From: a virus
Direction: 5' to 3' (one strand)
Virus record (IMG/VR): IMGVR_UViG_3300008116_000011
Coordinates: 110,438 to 174,437 of that record
Length of the DNA stretch: 64,000 nucleotides
Below, piece by piece: positions 19,303 through 28,061 of the stretch; position 1 is the first letter of the stretch; every line of letters begins with the position of its first letter. Made by a program: the position numbers and the translations under genes. The notes beneath the pieces are model-generated. The model had not been told where the DNA came from. It did no database searches and saw nothing but the letters and a program-made list of their open reading frames with translations.

Positions 19303-19581
19303 TTATTTAAGTTCGCCAGTTTCTAAATCTACTGTTTTCATTCCGTATTTATCACCTAATTGAGCACTAAGTGATGCTTGTTTTTCAGAAAGAACATCAA
19401 TATGTGCTAATAGATCAATACGTTCGCCATTGAGTTCATCAAGTCTTTTTTTAAGTCTATTAAGTTCAACATCTAGTGTACCAAGATCGTATACTGCTTT
19501 TTGAGAACCCTCATATACGTCTTTAAATTCTTTAAGTTCTTCTGCTGTTAGTTTTTGTCCGTTTTTTGATTGTTTAATCAT
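19303..19581 (-). CDS. Small coiled-coil hypothetical protein
   Basis: ORF track; ends KYG...VDLETGE; has its own class A promoter. Confidence 0.65.
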   Translation of the reverse strand: MIKQSKNGQKLTAEELKEFKDVYEGSQKAVYDLGTLDVELNRLKKRLDELNGERIDLLAHIDVLSEKQASLSAQLGDKYGMKTVDLETGELK

Positions 19582-19603
19582 AACTTTGAGTTTTTATTTG
19601 TTA

Positions 19604-19635
19604 TAAATATAATATTTCTTTTTTACATATCCAAA
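19604..19635 (-). promoter_or_regulatory. Class A promoter
   Basis: TTTG(GATATG)-N20-TATATTTA. Confidence 0.65.
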
Positions 19636-19641
19636 TTTATG

Positions 19642-22600
19642 TTATGGATTTTGATATCTAACCCATACGGCACCTTGAGCTCCTGTACAACCTGCTCCTG
19701 CAGAGTCATCATCTCTTGCTCCACCACCAGCACCATATATACCACCAGCTCCTTGAGTACCGTTGTTTCCACCTGTACCTCCAGTACCTACAGCGTTTAA
19801 TGCTCCTCCAGTACCATTAGTTCCTGCTGCTGTTGCAAACCGTACACCACCACCGCCATATCCTTGACCACTAGTTGTTGCACCACCACCGCCGCCACCA
19901 CCGCCAGCTCCATTAGCACCTGCACCACCATTACCACCATTACCACCATTACCAGAATAACCTCCTGCACCACCACCTCCACCTCCGGAGTTATTATCTG
20001 TAGCTCCACCACCACTACCACCATTACCACCACCACTAGTTAGTACAGATCCAGCGTCTATAGTATAAGTACCTCCTGCTCTTGCAGCTGTAGTACGTTC
20101 TACTCCTCCTAAACCTCCAGTAGCATTAATAATAGTTGTAGCTCCACGTTTTAATTGAGAGAATCCACCTGCAGTACCGTTACCACCATTAGTAGAAGTA
20201 CCTCCATTACCAACGATAATAGTTAATGATTCACTTGGGGTTACAGTAAGTGTAGCCCATCCTAAGGCTCCACCACCACCACCTGTATTACCTTGGTTAC
20301 GGTTACCATCGGATCCGGCACCACCACCACCACCACCAACACACACAACATAAAGTTCTGTTACTCCTGTTGGAACTGTAAAGCTAGAGCTTCCTACAGT
20401 TGTAAATGATTGAGTAGTAAATGTAGGTGCTCCACCACCACCAGATGGAGTTATTGTACGTGTAGGTGTTGCAGTTGGTGTAATTGTCCGTGTTGGGGTG
20501 ATAGTCTGTGTAGGTGTAATTGTCCGTGTTGGAGTAATACTAGGTGTAATAGTAGCACTTGGTGTAATTGTTCTTGTTGGTGTAATCGTAACTGTTGGTG
20601 TAATTGTTGGTGTGATTGTAGCTGTTGGAGTAGGAGTAGCTCCAACACAAGATCCTTCAGTAATAGTAGGTACAGGAGTAGCTCCATTAATAGCAGTCCA
20701 TGTAGTTACTTGCCAAGGATATTGAACCTGATCACTACTAGCATAATATAAAGTAAGTGGAACATCTTTATCCCTTATTTGCCAGTTACTTACTTGATTA
20801 TTAAAATATACTCTATAAAGTCCATTAGCACTTTCATAAGTTTGGAATCCAAGATATGTGTATGTTCCATTAAGTGCTGTTGTTCCTGCTCCAGCAACGC
20901 AAGCTGGGTTGGTATTTTCTGATGATGGAGTAGGTGTAGCTGTTCTAGTAGGTGTTGCTGTTGGAGTTATAGTAGCAGTTGGAGTAATTGTTCTTGTTGG
21001 AGTAATTGTTGGTGTTACTGTAGCTGTTGGAGTAGGACTTGGAGATACACAAGCTCCTTCAGTAACAGTAGGTACTGGAGCACTACAACATCCTACCTGC
21101 CATGTTGTAACTTGCCATGGATATTCTACATTATCTGTAGAGAAGTAATACACAAGTACAAATCCAGTTGAATATATTTCCCATTGTGTACCAGTCCAAT
21201 AAATAATTACATCCTCAGGGAATGTTTTACCATTACCATATCGTGGTCTATTATTTAATAAAAATCCAGAGTAAGTATAAGTACCATTTCCACCAGTAGT
21301 TCCTCCACCAGCAACACACACTGGGTTAGTATTAATTGCAGATGGAGTAATTGAAGGTGTTATGGTAACAGTTCTTGTTGGGGTAACTGTTCTTGTTGGT
21401 GTAATTGTTGCTGTTGGTGTAATAGTCCGTGTAGCAGTAATAGAAGGTGTTATAGTCTGAGTTGGTGTAATTGTTCTAGTTGGGGTAATACTTGGAGTAA
21501 TTGTTGCACTAGGTGTAATTGTCCTTGTAGGTGTAATTGTTGGTGTTATACTTGCTGTAGGAGTAACAGTCCGAGTAGCAGTAATACTAGGTGTAATAGT
21601 AGCTGTAGGAGTTACAGTTCGAGTAGCAGTAATTGATGGTGTAATAGTAGCAGTTGGAGTAATAGTTGAGCTAGGAGTTACTGTAGGAGAAGCAGTTATT
21701 GATGGAGTAATAGTAACAGATGGAGTAATAGTCCTTGTTGGTGTTATTGAAGGTGTAACAGTTACTGTAGGTGTTATAGTGCTAGATGGAGTAACAGTAG
21801 GAGAGGCTGTTATACTTGGTGTAATAGTAGCACTTGGAGTAACAGTACTAGAAGGAGTTACTGTTGGAGATGAGGTTATTGATGGTGTAATAGTGACAGT
21901 TGGTGTTACAGTTCTTGTTGGTGTAATCGACGGAGTAATTGTAACAGATGGTGTTACTGTCGAACTAGGTGTTACAGTAGGTGATGCAGTTATAGATGGA
22001 GTTATAGTAACTGTAGGAGTAACAGTCCGAGTAGCAGTTATACTTGGAGTTATTGTTACCGTTGGCGTAATTGTGCTAGAAGGAGTTACTGTTGGTGATG
22101 CCGTAATACTCGGAGTAATTGTTACAGTTGGAGTAATTGTTCTTGTAGGTGTTATAGAGGGCGTAATAGTGACAGTTGGTGTTACAGTAGCACTTGGAGT
22201 AATAGTTTGAGTTGGTGTTATTGAAGGTGTAATTGTTGATGTTGGCGTAACAGTTCGAGTAGCAGTTATTGTTGGTGTAATAGTTACACTAGGAGTTACA
22301 GTTACTGAAGGAGTTATAGTGCTTGAAGGTGTAATTGTTGGAGTAGCAGTTATTGATGGTGTTATAGATGCAGTTGGTGTAACCGTTCTAGTAGGTGTAA
22401 TACTAGGAGTAACAGTAACACTTGGAGTAATAGTTGAACTAGGAGTTACTGTCCGAGTTGGAGTTATAGTTGCTGTTATTGAAGGAGTTACAGTTACACT
22501 AGGAGTAACAGTTACAGATGGAGTAACTGTTCTAGTTGGTGTTATTGATGGTGTAATTGTAACTGTAGGTGTTATTGTTGCTGTTGGTGTAATAGTCCTT

Positions 22601-24834
22601 GTTGGTGTAATACTAGGAGTTATTGTTACTGTTGGTGTGATTGTTGCTGTAGGTGTAATAGTCCGAGTTGGAGTAATACTTGGAGTAATTGTTACACTAG
22701 GAGTAACAGTACTTGAAGGTGTTACAGTAGGAGAAGCAGTTATTGATGGTGTTACAGTTACACTAGGTGTAATTGTCCGTGTTGGCGTAATTGAAGGAGT
22801 TACAGTTGCTGTAGGAGTTATAGTAACAGATGGGGTTATAGTTGCTGTAGCTGTTATACTAGGGGTAATAGTAACAGACGGAGTTATAGTTCTTGTAGGT
22901 GTAATACTTGGAGTAACTGTAACTGAAGGTGTTACTGTTACTGAAGGAGTAATTGTAGATGTTGGTGTAATTGACGGTGTAATTGTAGCACTAGGAGTTA
23001 TAGTTCTTGTAGGTGTAATACTAGGTGTTATTGTAGCTGATGGAGTTACAGTTACACTAGGTGTAATTGTGGCTGTTGGTGTAATAGATGGTGTTATAGT
23101 AACACTTGGAGTAATTGTTCTTGTTGGTGTAATTGATGGAGTAACAGTTACTGTAGGCGTAACAGTTGAACTTGGAGTTACTGTAGGTGAAGCAGTTATA
23201 GATGGAGTAATGGTTACTGATGGTGTGATTGTTCTAGTTGGAGTAATACTTGGGGTAACTGTAACTGAAGGTGTTATTGTTGCTGTTGGTGTTATTGTAG
23301 CTGATGGAGTGATAGTTCTTGTAGGGGTAATACTTGGTGTAATTGTAACACTAGGTGTAATTGTAGATGTTGGTGTTATTGTTACACTTGGTGTTATTGT
23401 TGCTGTTGGAGTAATACTTGGAGTAATAGTAGCACTTGGAGTTATAGTTCTTGTTGGTGTTATACTAGGAGTTACAGTTACACTAGGCGTAATTGTGCTT
23501 GTTGGTGTGATAGTAGCTGTTGGTGTAATTGTAGGTGTAACAGTTACAGATGGAGTTACAGTCCGAGTAGGTGTAATTGAAGGAGTAATTGTAGCACTAG
23601 GAGTTATAGTTGCTGTTGGTGTTATGGTAGCTGTTGGAGTAATTGATGGTGTTATAGTAACACTTGGAGTAATAGTTCTAGTAGGTGTAATTGACGGAGT
23701 TATAGTTACACTAGGAGTAACTGTGCTTGAAGGAGTTATAGTTGGTGATGCTGTTATTGATGGTGTAATTGTAACGGAAGGGGTAACAGTAGAACTAGGA
23801 GTTATAGTTGGTGATGCTGTTATACTCGGAGTTACTGTTACAGAAGGAGTTACAGTACTAGAAGGTGTAATTGTTCTAGTAGGAGTAATACTCGGAGTTA
23901 CTGTTACTGATGGTGTTATAGTTGAGCTTGGAGTAACAGTAGGAGAAGCCGTTATACTAGGTGTTACAGTTACACTAGGTGTAATTGTAGATGATGGAGT
24001 AATAGTTGGAGAAGCAGTAATTGAAGGTGTGATTGTAACTGTAGGAGTTACAGTTGCACTTGGAGTTACTGTTCTAGTAGGTGTTATTGATGGTGTTATA
24101 GTTGCAGATGGAGTAATCGTTACACTAGGTGTGATTGTAACAGAAGGAGTTATAGTCGATGTAGGTGTAATACTTGGAGTAACAGTTACAGATGGAGTAA
24201 TTGTTACTGTTGGAGTAATAGTTGCACTAGGTGTAATTGTTCTAGTAGGTGTGATTGAAGGAGTAATAGTTACAGAAGGTGTAATAGTAACAGTTGGAGT
24301 AACAGTTACAGAAGGAGTTATGGTACTTGAAGGTGTAATAGAAGGAGTTATTGTAACAGAAGGAGTAACAGTACTAGATGGTGTAACGGTTCTAGTTGGT
24401 GTTATTGATGGAGTTATTGTAACAGATGGAGTAACAGTAGAACTAGGAGTAACAGTTCTTGTTGGTGTAATAGAAGGAGTTATTGTAACAGAAGGAGTAA
24501 CAGTTCTTGAAGGAGTAACAGTTACAGAAGGTGTAATTGTTACAGATGGAGTAACTGTACGAGTTGGTGTGATAGTTGGAGTAATAGATGGAGTTACAGT
24601 TACAGAAGGAGTAACAGTTCTTGAAGGTGTTGGTGGAGGTGTAAATTGGTCATACCCATACCAGCTACTCAATCTAAAAGGAGCGCTAGAATCGGGTTGA
24701 TAAGGTGAATATGGATTTAAAGGTACATATTCACCTAAAGATGCACTAGTTAGTGAAAATGGTGCTTGGGCGGGTACACCCAATTCATTTCTAACATCGT
24801 CAAGTGATATAGATCCTGTTAACTGTAACGGCAT
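19642..24834 (-). CDS. Giant Thr/Pro-repeat (mucin-like) fibre/adhesin with two Cys-flanked domains and a glycine-rich C-terminal domain
   Basis: Roughly 1100 aa of T(I/V)TP(S/T) repeats; duplicated TNPxCVAG..NGTYTY..WQVTTW domains; FTVPTGV..VVCVGGGGGG glycine-rich domain. Confidence 0.8.
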   Translation of the reverse strand: MPLQLTGSISLDDVRNELGVPAQAPFSLTSASLGEYVPLNPYSPYQPDSSAPFRLSSWYGYDQFTPPPTPSRTVTPSVTVTPSITPTITPTRTVTPSVTITPSVTVTPSRTVTPSVTITPSITPTRTVTPSSTVTPSVTITPSITPTRTVTPSSTVTPSVTITPSITPSSTITPSVTVTPTVTITPSVTITPSITPTRTITPSATITPTVTITPSVTVTPSITPTSTITPSVTITPSVTITPSATITPSITPTRTVTPSATVTPTVTITPSITASPTITPSSTITPSVTVTPSITASPTVTPSSTITPSVTVTPSITPTRTITPSSTVTPSVTVTPSITASPTITPSSTVTPSVTITPSITASPTITPSSTVTPSVTITPSITPTRTITPSVTITPSITPTATITPTATITPSATITPSITPTRTVTPSVTVTPTITPTATITPTSTITPSVTVTPSITPTRTITPSATITPSITPTATITPSVTITPTSTITPSVTITPSITPTRTITPSATITPTATITPSVTVTPSITPTRTITPSVTITPSITASPTVTPSSTVTPTVTVTPSITPTRTITPSVTITPSITPTATITPSVTVTPSATITPSITPTRTITPSATITPSITPTSTITPSVTVTPSVTVTPSITPTRTITPSVTITPSITATATITPSVTITPTATVTPSITPTRTITPSVTVTPSITASPTVTPSSTVTPSVTITPSITPTRTITPTATITPTVTITPSITPTRTITPTATITPTVTITPSITPTRTVTPSVTVTPSVTVTPSITATITPTRTVTPSSTITPSVTVTPSITPTRTVTPTASITPSITATPTITPSSTITPSVTVTPSVTITPTITATRTVTPTSTITPSITPTQTITPSATVTPTVTITPSITPTRTITPTVTITPSITASPTVTPSSTITPTVTITPSITATRTVTPTVTITPSITASPTVTPSSTVTPSVTITPSITPTRTVTPTVTITPSITSSPTVTPSSTVTPSATITPSITASPTVTPSSTITPTVTVTPSITPTRTITPSVTITPSITASPTVTPSSTITPTATITPSITATRTVTPTATITPSITATRTVTPTASITPTITPTRTITPSATITPSITPTRTITPTQTITPSITATRTITPTATITPTRTVTPTRTVTITPSITPSAINTNPVCVAGGGTTGGNGTYTYSGFLLNNRPRYGNGKTFPEDVIIYWTGTQWEIYSTGFVLVYYFSTDNVEYPWQVTTWQVGCCSAPVPTVTEGACVSPSPTPTATVTPTITPTRTITPTATITPTATPTRTATPTPSSENTNPACVAGAGTTALNGTYTYLGFQTYESANGLYRVYFNNQVSNWQIRDKDVPLTLYYASSDQVQYPWQVTTWTAINGATPVPTITEGSCVGATPTPTATITPTITPTVTITPTRTITPSATITPSITPTRTITPTQTITPTRTITPTATPTRTITPSGGGGAPTFTTQSFTTVGSSSFTVPTGVTELYVVCVGGGGGGAGSDGNRNQGNTGGGGGALGWATLTVTPSESLTIIVGNGGTSTNGGNGTAGGFSQLKRGATTIINATGGLGGVERTTAARAGGTYTIDAGSVLTSGGGNGGSGGGATDNNSGGGGGGAGGYSGNGGNGGNGGAGANGAGGGGGGGGATTSGQGYGGGGVRFATAAGTNGTGGALNAVGTGGTGGNNGTQGAGGIYGAGGGARDDDSAGAGCTGAQGAVWVRYQNP
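21340..24640 (-). repeat. Degenerate coding tandem repeat (12/18-bp units encoding xITP / TxTITP-like peptides)
   Basis: Visible GT-rich periodicity on the + strand, with heavily varied synonymous positions. Confidence 0.9.
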
Positions 24835-24878
24835 TACTGATTTAAACGTTTAATCAGTAATAAATATTTGTTATCTAG

Positions 24879-25112
24879 TTATTTAAGCCATTTGTTTTCA
24901 GGACATGACTCTTTATCTTCCGCAAATATTTTTTTATTTAGTGGACATCCACATAAATTACAGTAATAAAAATCAATAAGTGTAGTATTTTGCTTACGAT
25001 GCTCACAACCATTACATATTTCGGCTCTATGTTTAGCTTTTTCAAGAGCCTCAGGACTAGGATTAGCTGCTGTTATCCAAGCATTTGCTATTTCTTTGAA
25101 TTTTTTAAACAT
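24879..25112 (-). CDS. Small Cys-rich putative metal-binding protein
   Basis: R..ICNGC ... CNLCGCPL ... CPENKW. Confidence 0.7.
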   Translation of the reverse strand: MFKKFKEIANAWITAANPSPEALEKAKHRAEICNGCEHRKQNTTLIDFYYCNLCGCPLNKKIFAEDKESCPENKWLK

Positions 25113-25115
25113 AAT

Positions 25116-25147
25116 TTAATATAATAACTTTTTGTAAAATAACCAAA
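25116..25147 (-). promoter_or_regulatory. Class A promoter (variant -7)
   Basis: TTTG(GTTATT)-N20-TATATTAA. Confidence 0.55.
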
Positions 25148-25151
25148 TTTT

Positions 25152-26027
25152 TTACAGATTTCCTGCTCTTATATTGTTAATATTTTTAACTACTTCGTTT
25201 GTAATAGAAACAGTAGATTTAGAAAAGAATTGACGTTTACCATTTGTAGCTAAATCTTTATTCATATTATCAGGAATAATATAACCATATAAAGTTATAC
25301 TCATATTTGTTCTTGCAACACGTTGTTCATTTACAGAATATTCAGCTGTTGAATCAAATCTGTCTATGTATGTTCTAAATTGAAATCTATTTTTATCTCC
25401 CCAATATGAATCAGAAGCAAATTCTATTGATTCAATTATCTTATTATTTTCCTGCATGTAATTTGTAAATACAATACAATCATATGTCAAGTTAATATAA
25501 TCAGGGACTGGGGTTAGATAGAATTTATCAGAGGGAATCCAGTTATTTAGTATATCAAAAGGAGTATATTGATTTTGTTGGTTATATCTTGCTTTGGAAA
25601 CAGCAAAATTATTTACATTATTACCATCTAATTTATTAGCTAATGTTCTATTTTTTTCAAATCCTGTTCTCCTTATCATAATGATAGGATACATGATCTT
25701 ACCGTTTTTATCCCTCCAATATCCATCTTGTTGAACAGAAACCCAACGTTCTTGAGAACCATAACTTACAGGAACATTAAATTTATTACCATTTTGAATT
25801 ACAGTAGGTTTAATTACATTATTAAAATAATAAAATACAGCTTCATCTATGTCTTGTAACCCAATAGTAAATGGTTTAATATCATTTTCGATATCAACCG
25901 AAATTTGATTTGCACGAGTGATTTTTTCCTCAGGCAAAAAAGGTTGAGTTCCAGGAATATAAGGATCAATTTGATCTCTTACTCTTTCAGCTGGTGTATT
26001 TGGTAGTATGGGTAGTTGTCTTGGCAT
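25152..26027 (-). CDS. Tail terminator / sheath stabiliser (gp15-like)
   Basis: VPVSYGSQERW, PIIMI.R, P.YINLTY motifs; downstream of neck genes. Confidence 0.65.
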   Translation of the reverse strand: MPRQLPILPNTPAERVRDQIDPYIPGTQPFLPEEKITRANQISVDIENDIKPFTIGLQDIDEAVFYYFNNVIKPTVIQNGNKFNVPVSYGSQERWVSVQQDGYWRDKNGKIMYPIIMIRRTGFEKNRTLANKLDGNNVNNFAVSKARYNQQNQYTPFDILNNWIPSDKFYLTPVPDYINLTYDCIVFTNYMQENNKIIESIEFASDSYWGDKNRFQFRTYIDRFDSTAEYSVNEQRVARTNMSITLYGYIIPDNMNKDLATNGKRQFFSKSTVSITNEVVKNINNIRAGNL

Positions 26028-26524
26028 TATCTAGATTGAGTTATACCTAATAGTTCAGGAGAAACATAATGAGCAAAGCATATAATAGAAAAACTAGCAC
26101 CAAAATTATCTAGGTATTCACCTCCATAATTGTATTGAGGTACTTTACCTACTATATCTTGATTTTCGTTTACTAAATTTACTTCATAATAATCATTATT
26201 CCATAATATAATATCACCTATTTGAGGTACTACATTTTGTAATACTAAATCACTACGCAAAAATCTAAATCCAAAATTTCTTGTAATATCAGGACCTAAA
26301 CTATCATAATTACCTTCATAATCTCCTCTATCAATTAAACATTGAATCAATACAGGAGGAAGATACATTTTAGTACCGTTAGCAGCTTCACCATAAACAT
26401 TTTGAGGAGTTTCTTGTAGTGATATTTGATAATATCCTACATTTTGCTCAATAATGTTATGTATCAACTCAGTGTTGATAACATGAAAAAATGAAATATC
26501 GCGAGCGCTACCGTATAAAGCCAT
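26027..26524 (-). CDS. Head closure/neck protein (gp14-like)
   Basis: NVYGEA..K.Y..PV, P.IGDII.WN..YYEV. Confidence 0.65.
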   Translation of the reverse strand: MALYGSARDISFFHVINTELIHNIIEQNVGYYQISLQETPQNVYGEAANGTKMYLPPVLIQCLIDRGDYEGNYDSLGPDITRNFGFRFLRSDLVLQNVVPQIGDIILWNNDYYEVNLVNENQDIVGKVPQYNYGGEYLDNFGASFSIICFAHYVSPELLGITQSR

Positions 26525-26526
26525 TA

Positions 26527-26859
26527 TTAGTAATTTCTGATTTTTAATAATGTTTTTGTTCTAACATAAAACTTTAATAGTCCTGGTATTTTTAAAGCTT
26601 CATGTTTGATCATTTTGATAGTATTTATAGCATTACCTTCAGAAATAAATTTTATTTCTAATAAGGTATATTTGTAATCATCCGTTGAAGTAGCATCTAA
26701 TTTTTCAGTATCAATTACTTTAACTACAACTACATCTCTAATACCACGAATTTGATTATATATTTCTGTAAAGTTAAAGTCGGTTCTCATTTTGATAACT
26801 ACTTGTACAAAGTATGTTTCAAATGTCGCTTCGTTTAATATAGTTTGTAATGATATCAT
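26527..26859 (-). CDS. Hypothetical protein with MISLQTILNE leader
   Basis: ORF track. Confidence 0.6.
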   Translation of the reverse strand: MISLQTILNEATFETYFVQVVIKMRTDFNFTEIYNQIRGIRDVVVVKVIDTEKLDATSTDDYKYTLLEIKFISEGNAINTIKMIKHEALKIPGLLKFYVRTKTLLKIRNY

Positions 26860-26860
26860 T

Positions 26861-28033
26861 TTAAAATATGTAAAAACCCATTGGTACGTTAGCTAATGTT
26901 TTATTTAAATTATCAGCATTTGCTGCTTGTTTTTCAAGTTGTTTTTGCCTTCCAGTTTCTGATAGTGTTTCTCTTAATTGTAGTAATAATGCTTCTTTTG
27001 TTGATCTAGCATCTGTAAGTAAGTCTTGTTGGTTAAGAGTAACTTCAGATCCAGGAATAGGTACTGTTGAATATTTACCTCTTACATATCCTAAAATTTC
27101 ACGACACAATGCTAGTGTATATTGATAAATCCACATTCTACCTATTGAATTAATATAATTGTAATTTGGATTACAATAAGGTACATTTGATGGATTTGTA
27201 ATAAGATTTGTTTGAGCAGATCCACTTGCATTTCTTCCTCCAACAACACTATCTCTTTCACTTCCTTTGACATATTGAATCCATAAATTATATTCAATTA
27301 AAGGAATAGGGAATATTTTAAGTTGATTATTTATAATTTCAAAAGAAAATGCTGCTTTTCTAATTTGATCATTTAATTCAATTGCTTGAATCCTTTGTAG
27401 GTCAAAAAACAAAGGCATCAATAAAAATGTGATAGCAGGTGAATAAGCACCAAATCCAAAGCTATTAAGTAAACCTTCATAGCTATATCCTATACCAACA
27501 TATGGATCAAAATATCTTAAAGCCGCTGGAGGAGCTTCAAAAAATACTCTTTTTACTTCAATATAATCTCCAGGAGCTAATGAGGCTGATTGTTGTGCCC
27601 ATTTATTTAAATCATATGATTGGGTTCCAGGCATCATTTTAACAGCGCCACTATACCATGTAACATCACCACCAACACCTGCTTCTTCACCATAATCAGA
27701 TGCAATTCTAACCATTCCTCCAAGTGAAGGAGTCATTAGTAATTGATTAAATGGACCTGAACCTGTCGGGTTACCTTCCATAGAGAGCATATTCTCTCTA
27801 ACTTGAAATTGATAAATTTCATTACCATATACAGTAACAGCTTCTTCAAAAGCAGTATATATTTGAACTGGTTGTAATTCTACAACTTCAATAGGCCATC
27901 CTAGTCGCCTTGTAACAAAAGTTACAACAGCGTCGGCATCTACTTGAAAATCATATTGATAATCGTAGAAACCAAAGGCAGTATCCCCAGGAAAAAACGA
28001 GGAACTACCAGCATATACAGGAATATTGGCCAT
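26861..28033 (-). CDS. Neck/adaptor protein (gp13-like)
   Basis: RRLGWP...VEL, Y.LAL..EILG.VRGKY..PIPG.EVTLN. Confidence 0.75.
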   Translation of the reverse strand: MANIPVYAGSSSFFPGDTAFGFYDYQYDFQVDADAVVTFVTRRLGWPIEVVELQPVQIYTAFEEAVTVYGNEIYQFQVRENMLSMEGNPTGSGPFNQLLMTPSLGGMVRIASDYGEEAGVGGDVTWYSGAVKMMPGTQSYDLNKWAQQSASLAPGDYIEVKRVFFEAPPAALRYFDPYVGIGYSYEGLLNSFGFGAYSPAITFLLMPLFFDLQRIQAIELNDQIRKAAFSFEIINNQLKIFPIPLIEYNLWIQYVKGSERDSVVGGRNASGSAQTNLITNPSNVPYCNPNYNYINSIGRMWIYQYTLALCREILGYVRGKYSTVPIPGSEVTLNQQDLLTDARSTKEALLLQLRETLSETGRQKQLEKQAANADNLNKTLANVPMGFYIF

Positions 28034-28061
28034 CTATTTGTATTTTGATATAAATATTAAA

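Noticed and set aside
20644-21330. Duplicated fibre domains as a DGR template/variable repeat pair
   Set aside because: Both copies are in frame in one gene, the differences include indels and are not adenine-specific, and no reverse transcriptase is in the window.
21779-24700. Long + strand ORFs (143 and 793 aa, Gly/Val/Ile/Thr-rich)
   Set aside because: They are antisense shadows of the Thr/Pro repeat: the reverse complements of these codons rarely give stops. No promoter or other support.
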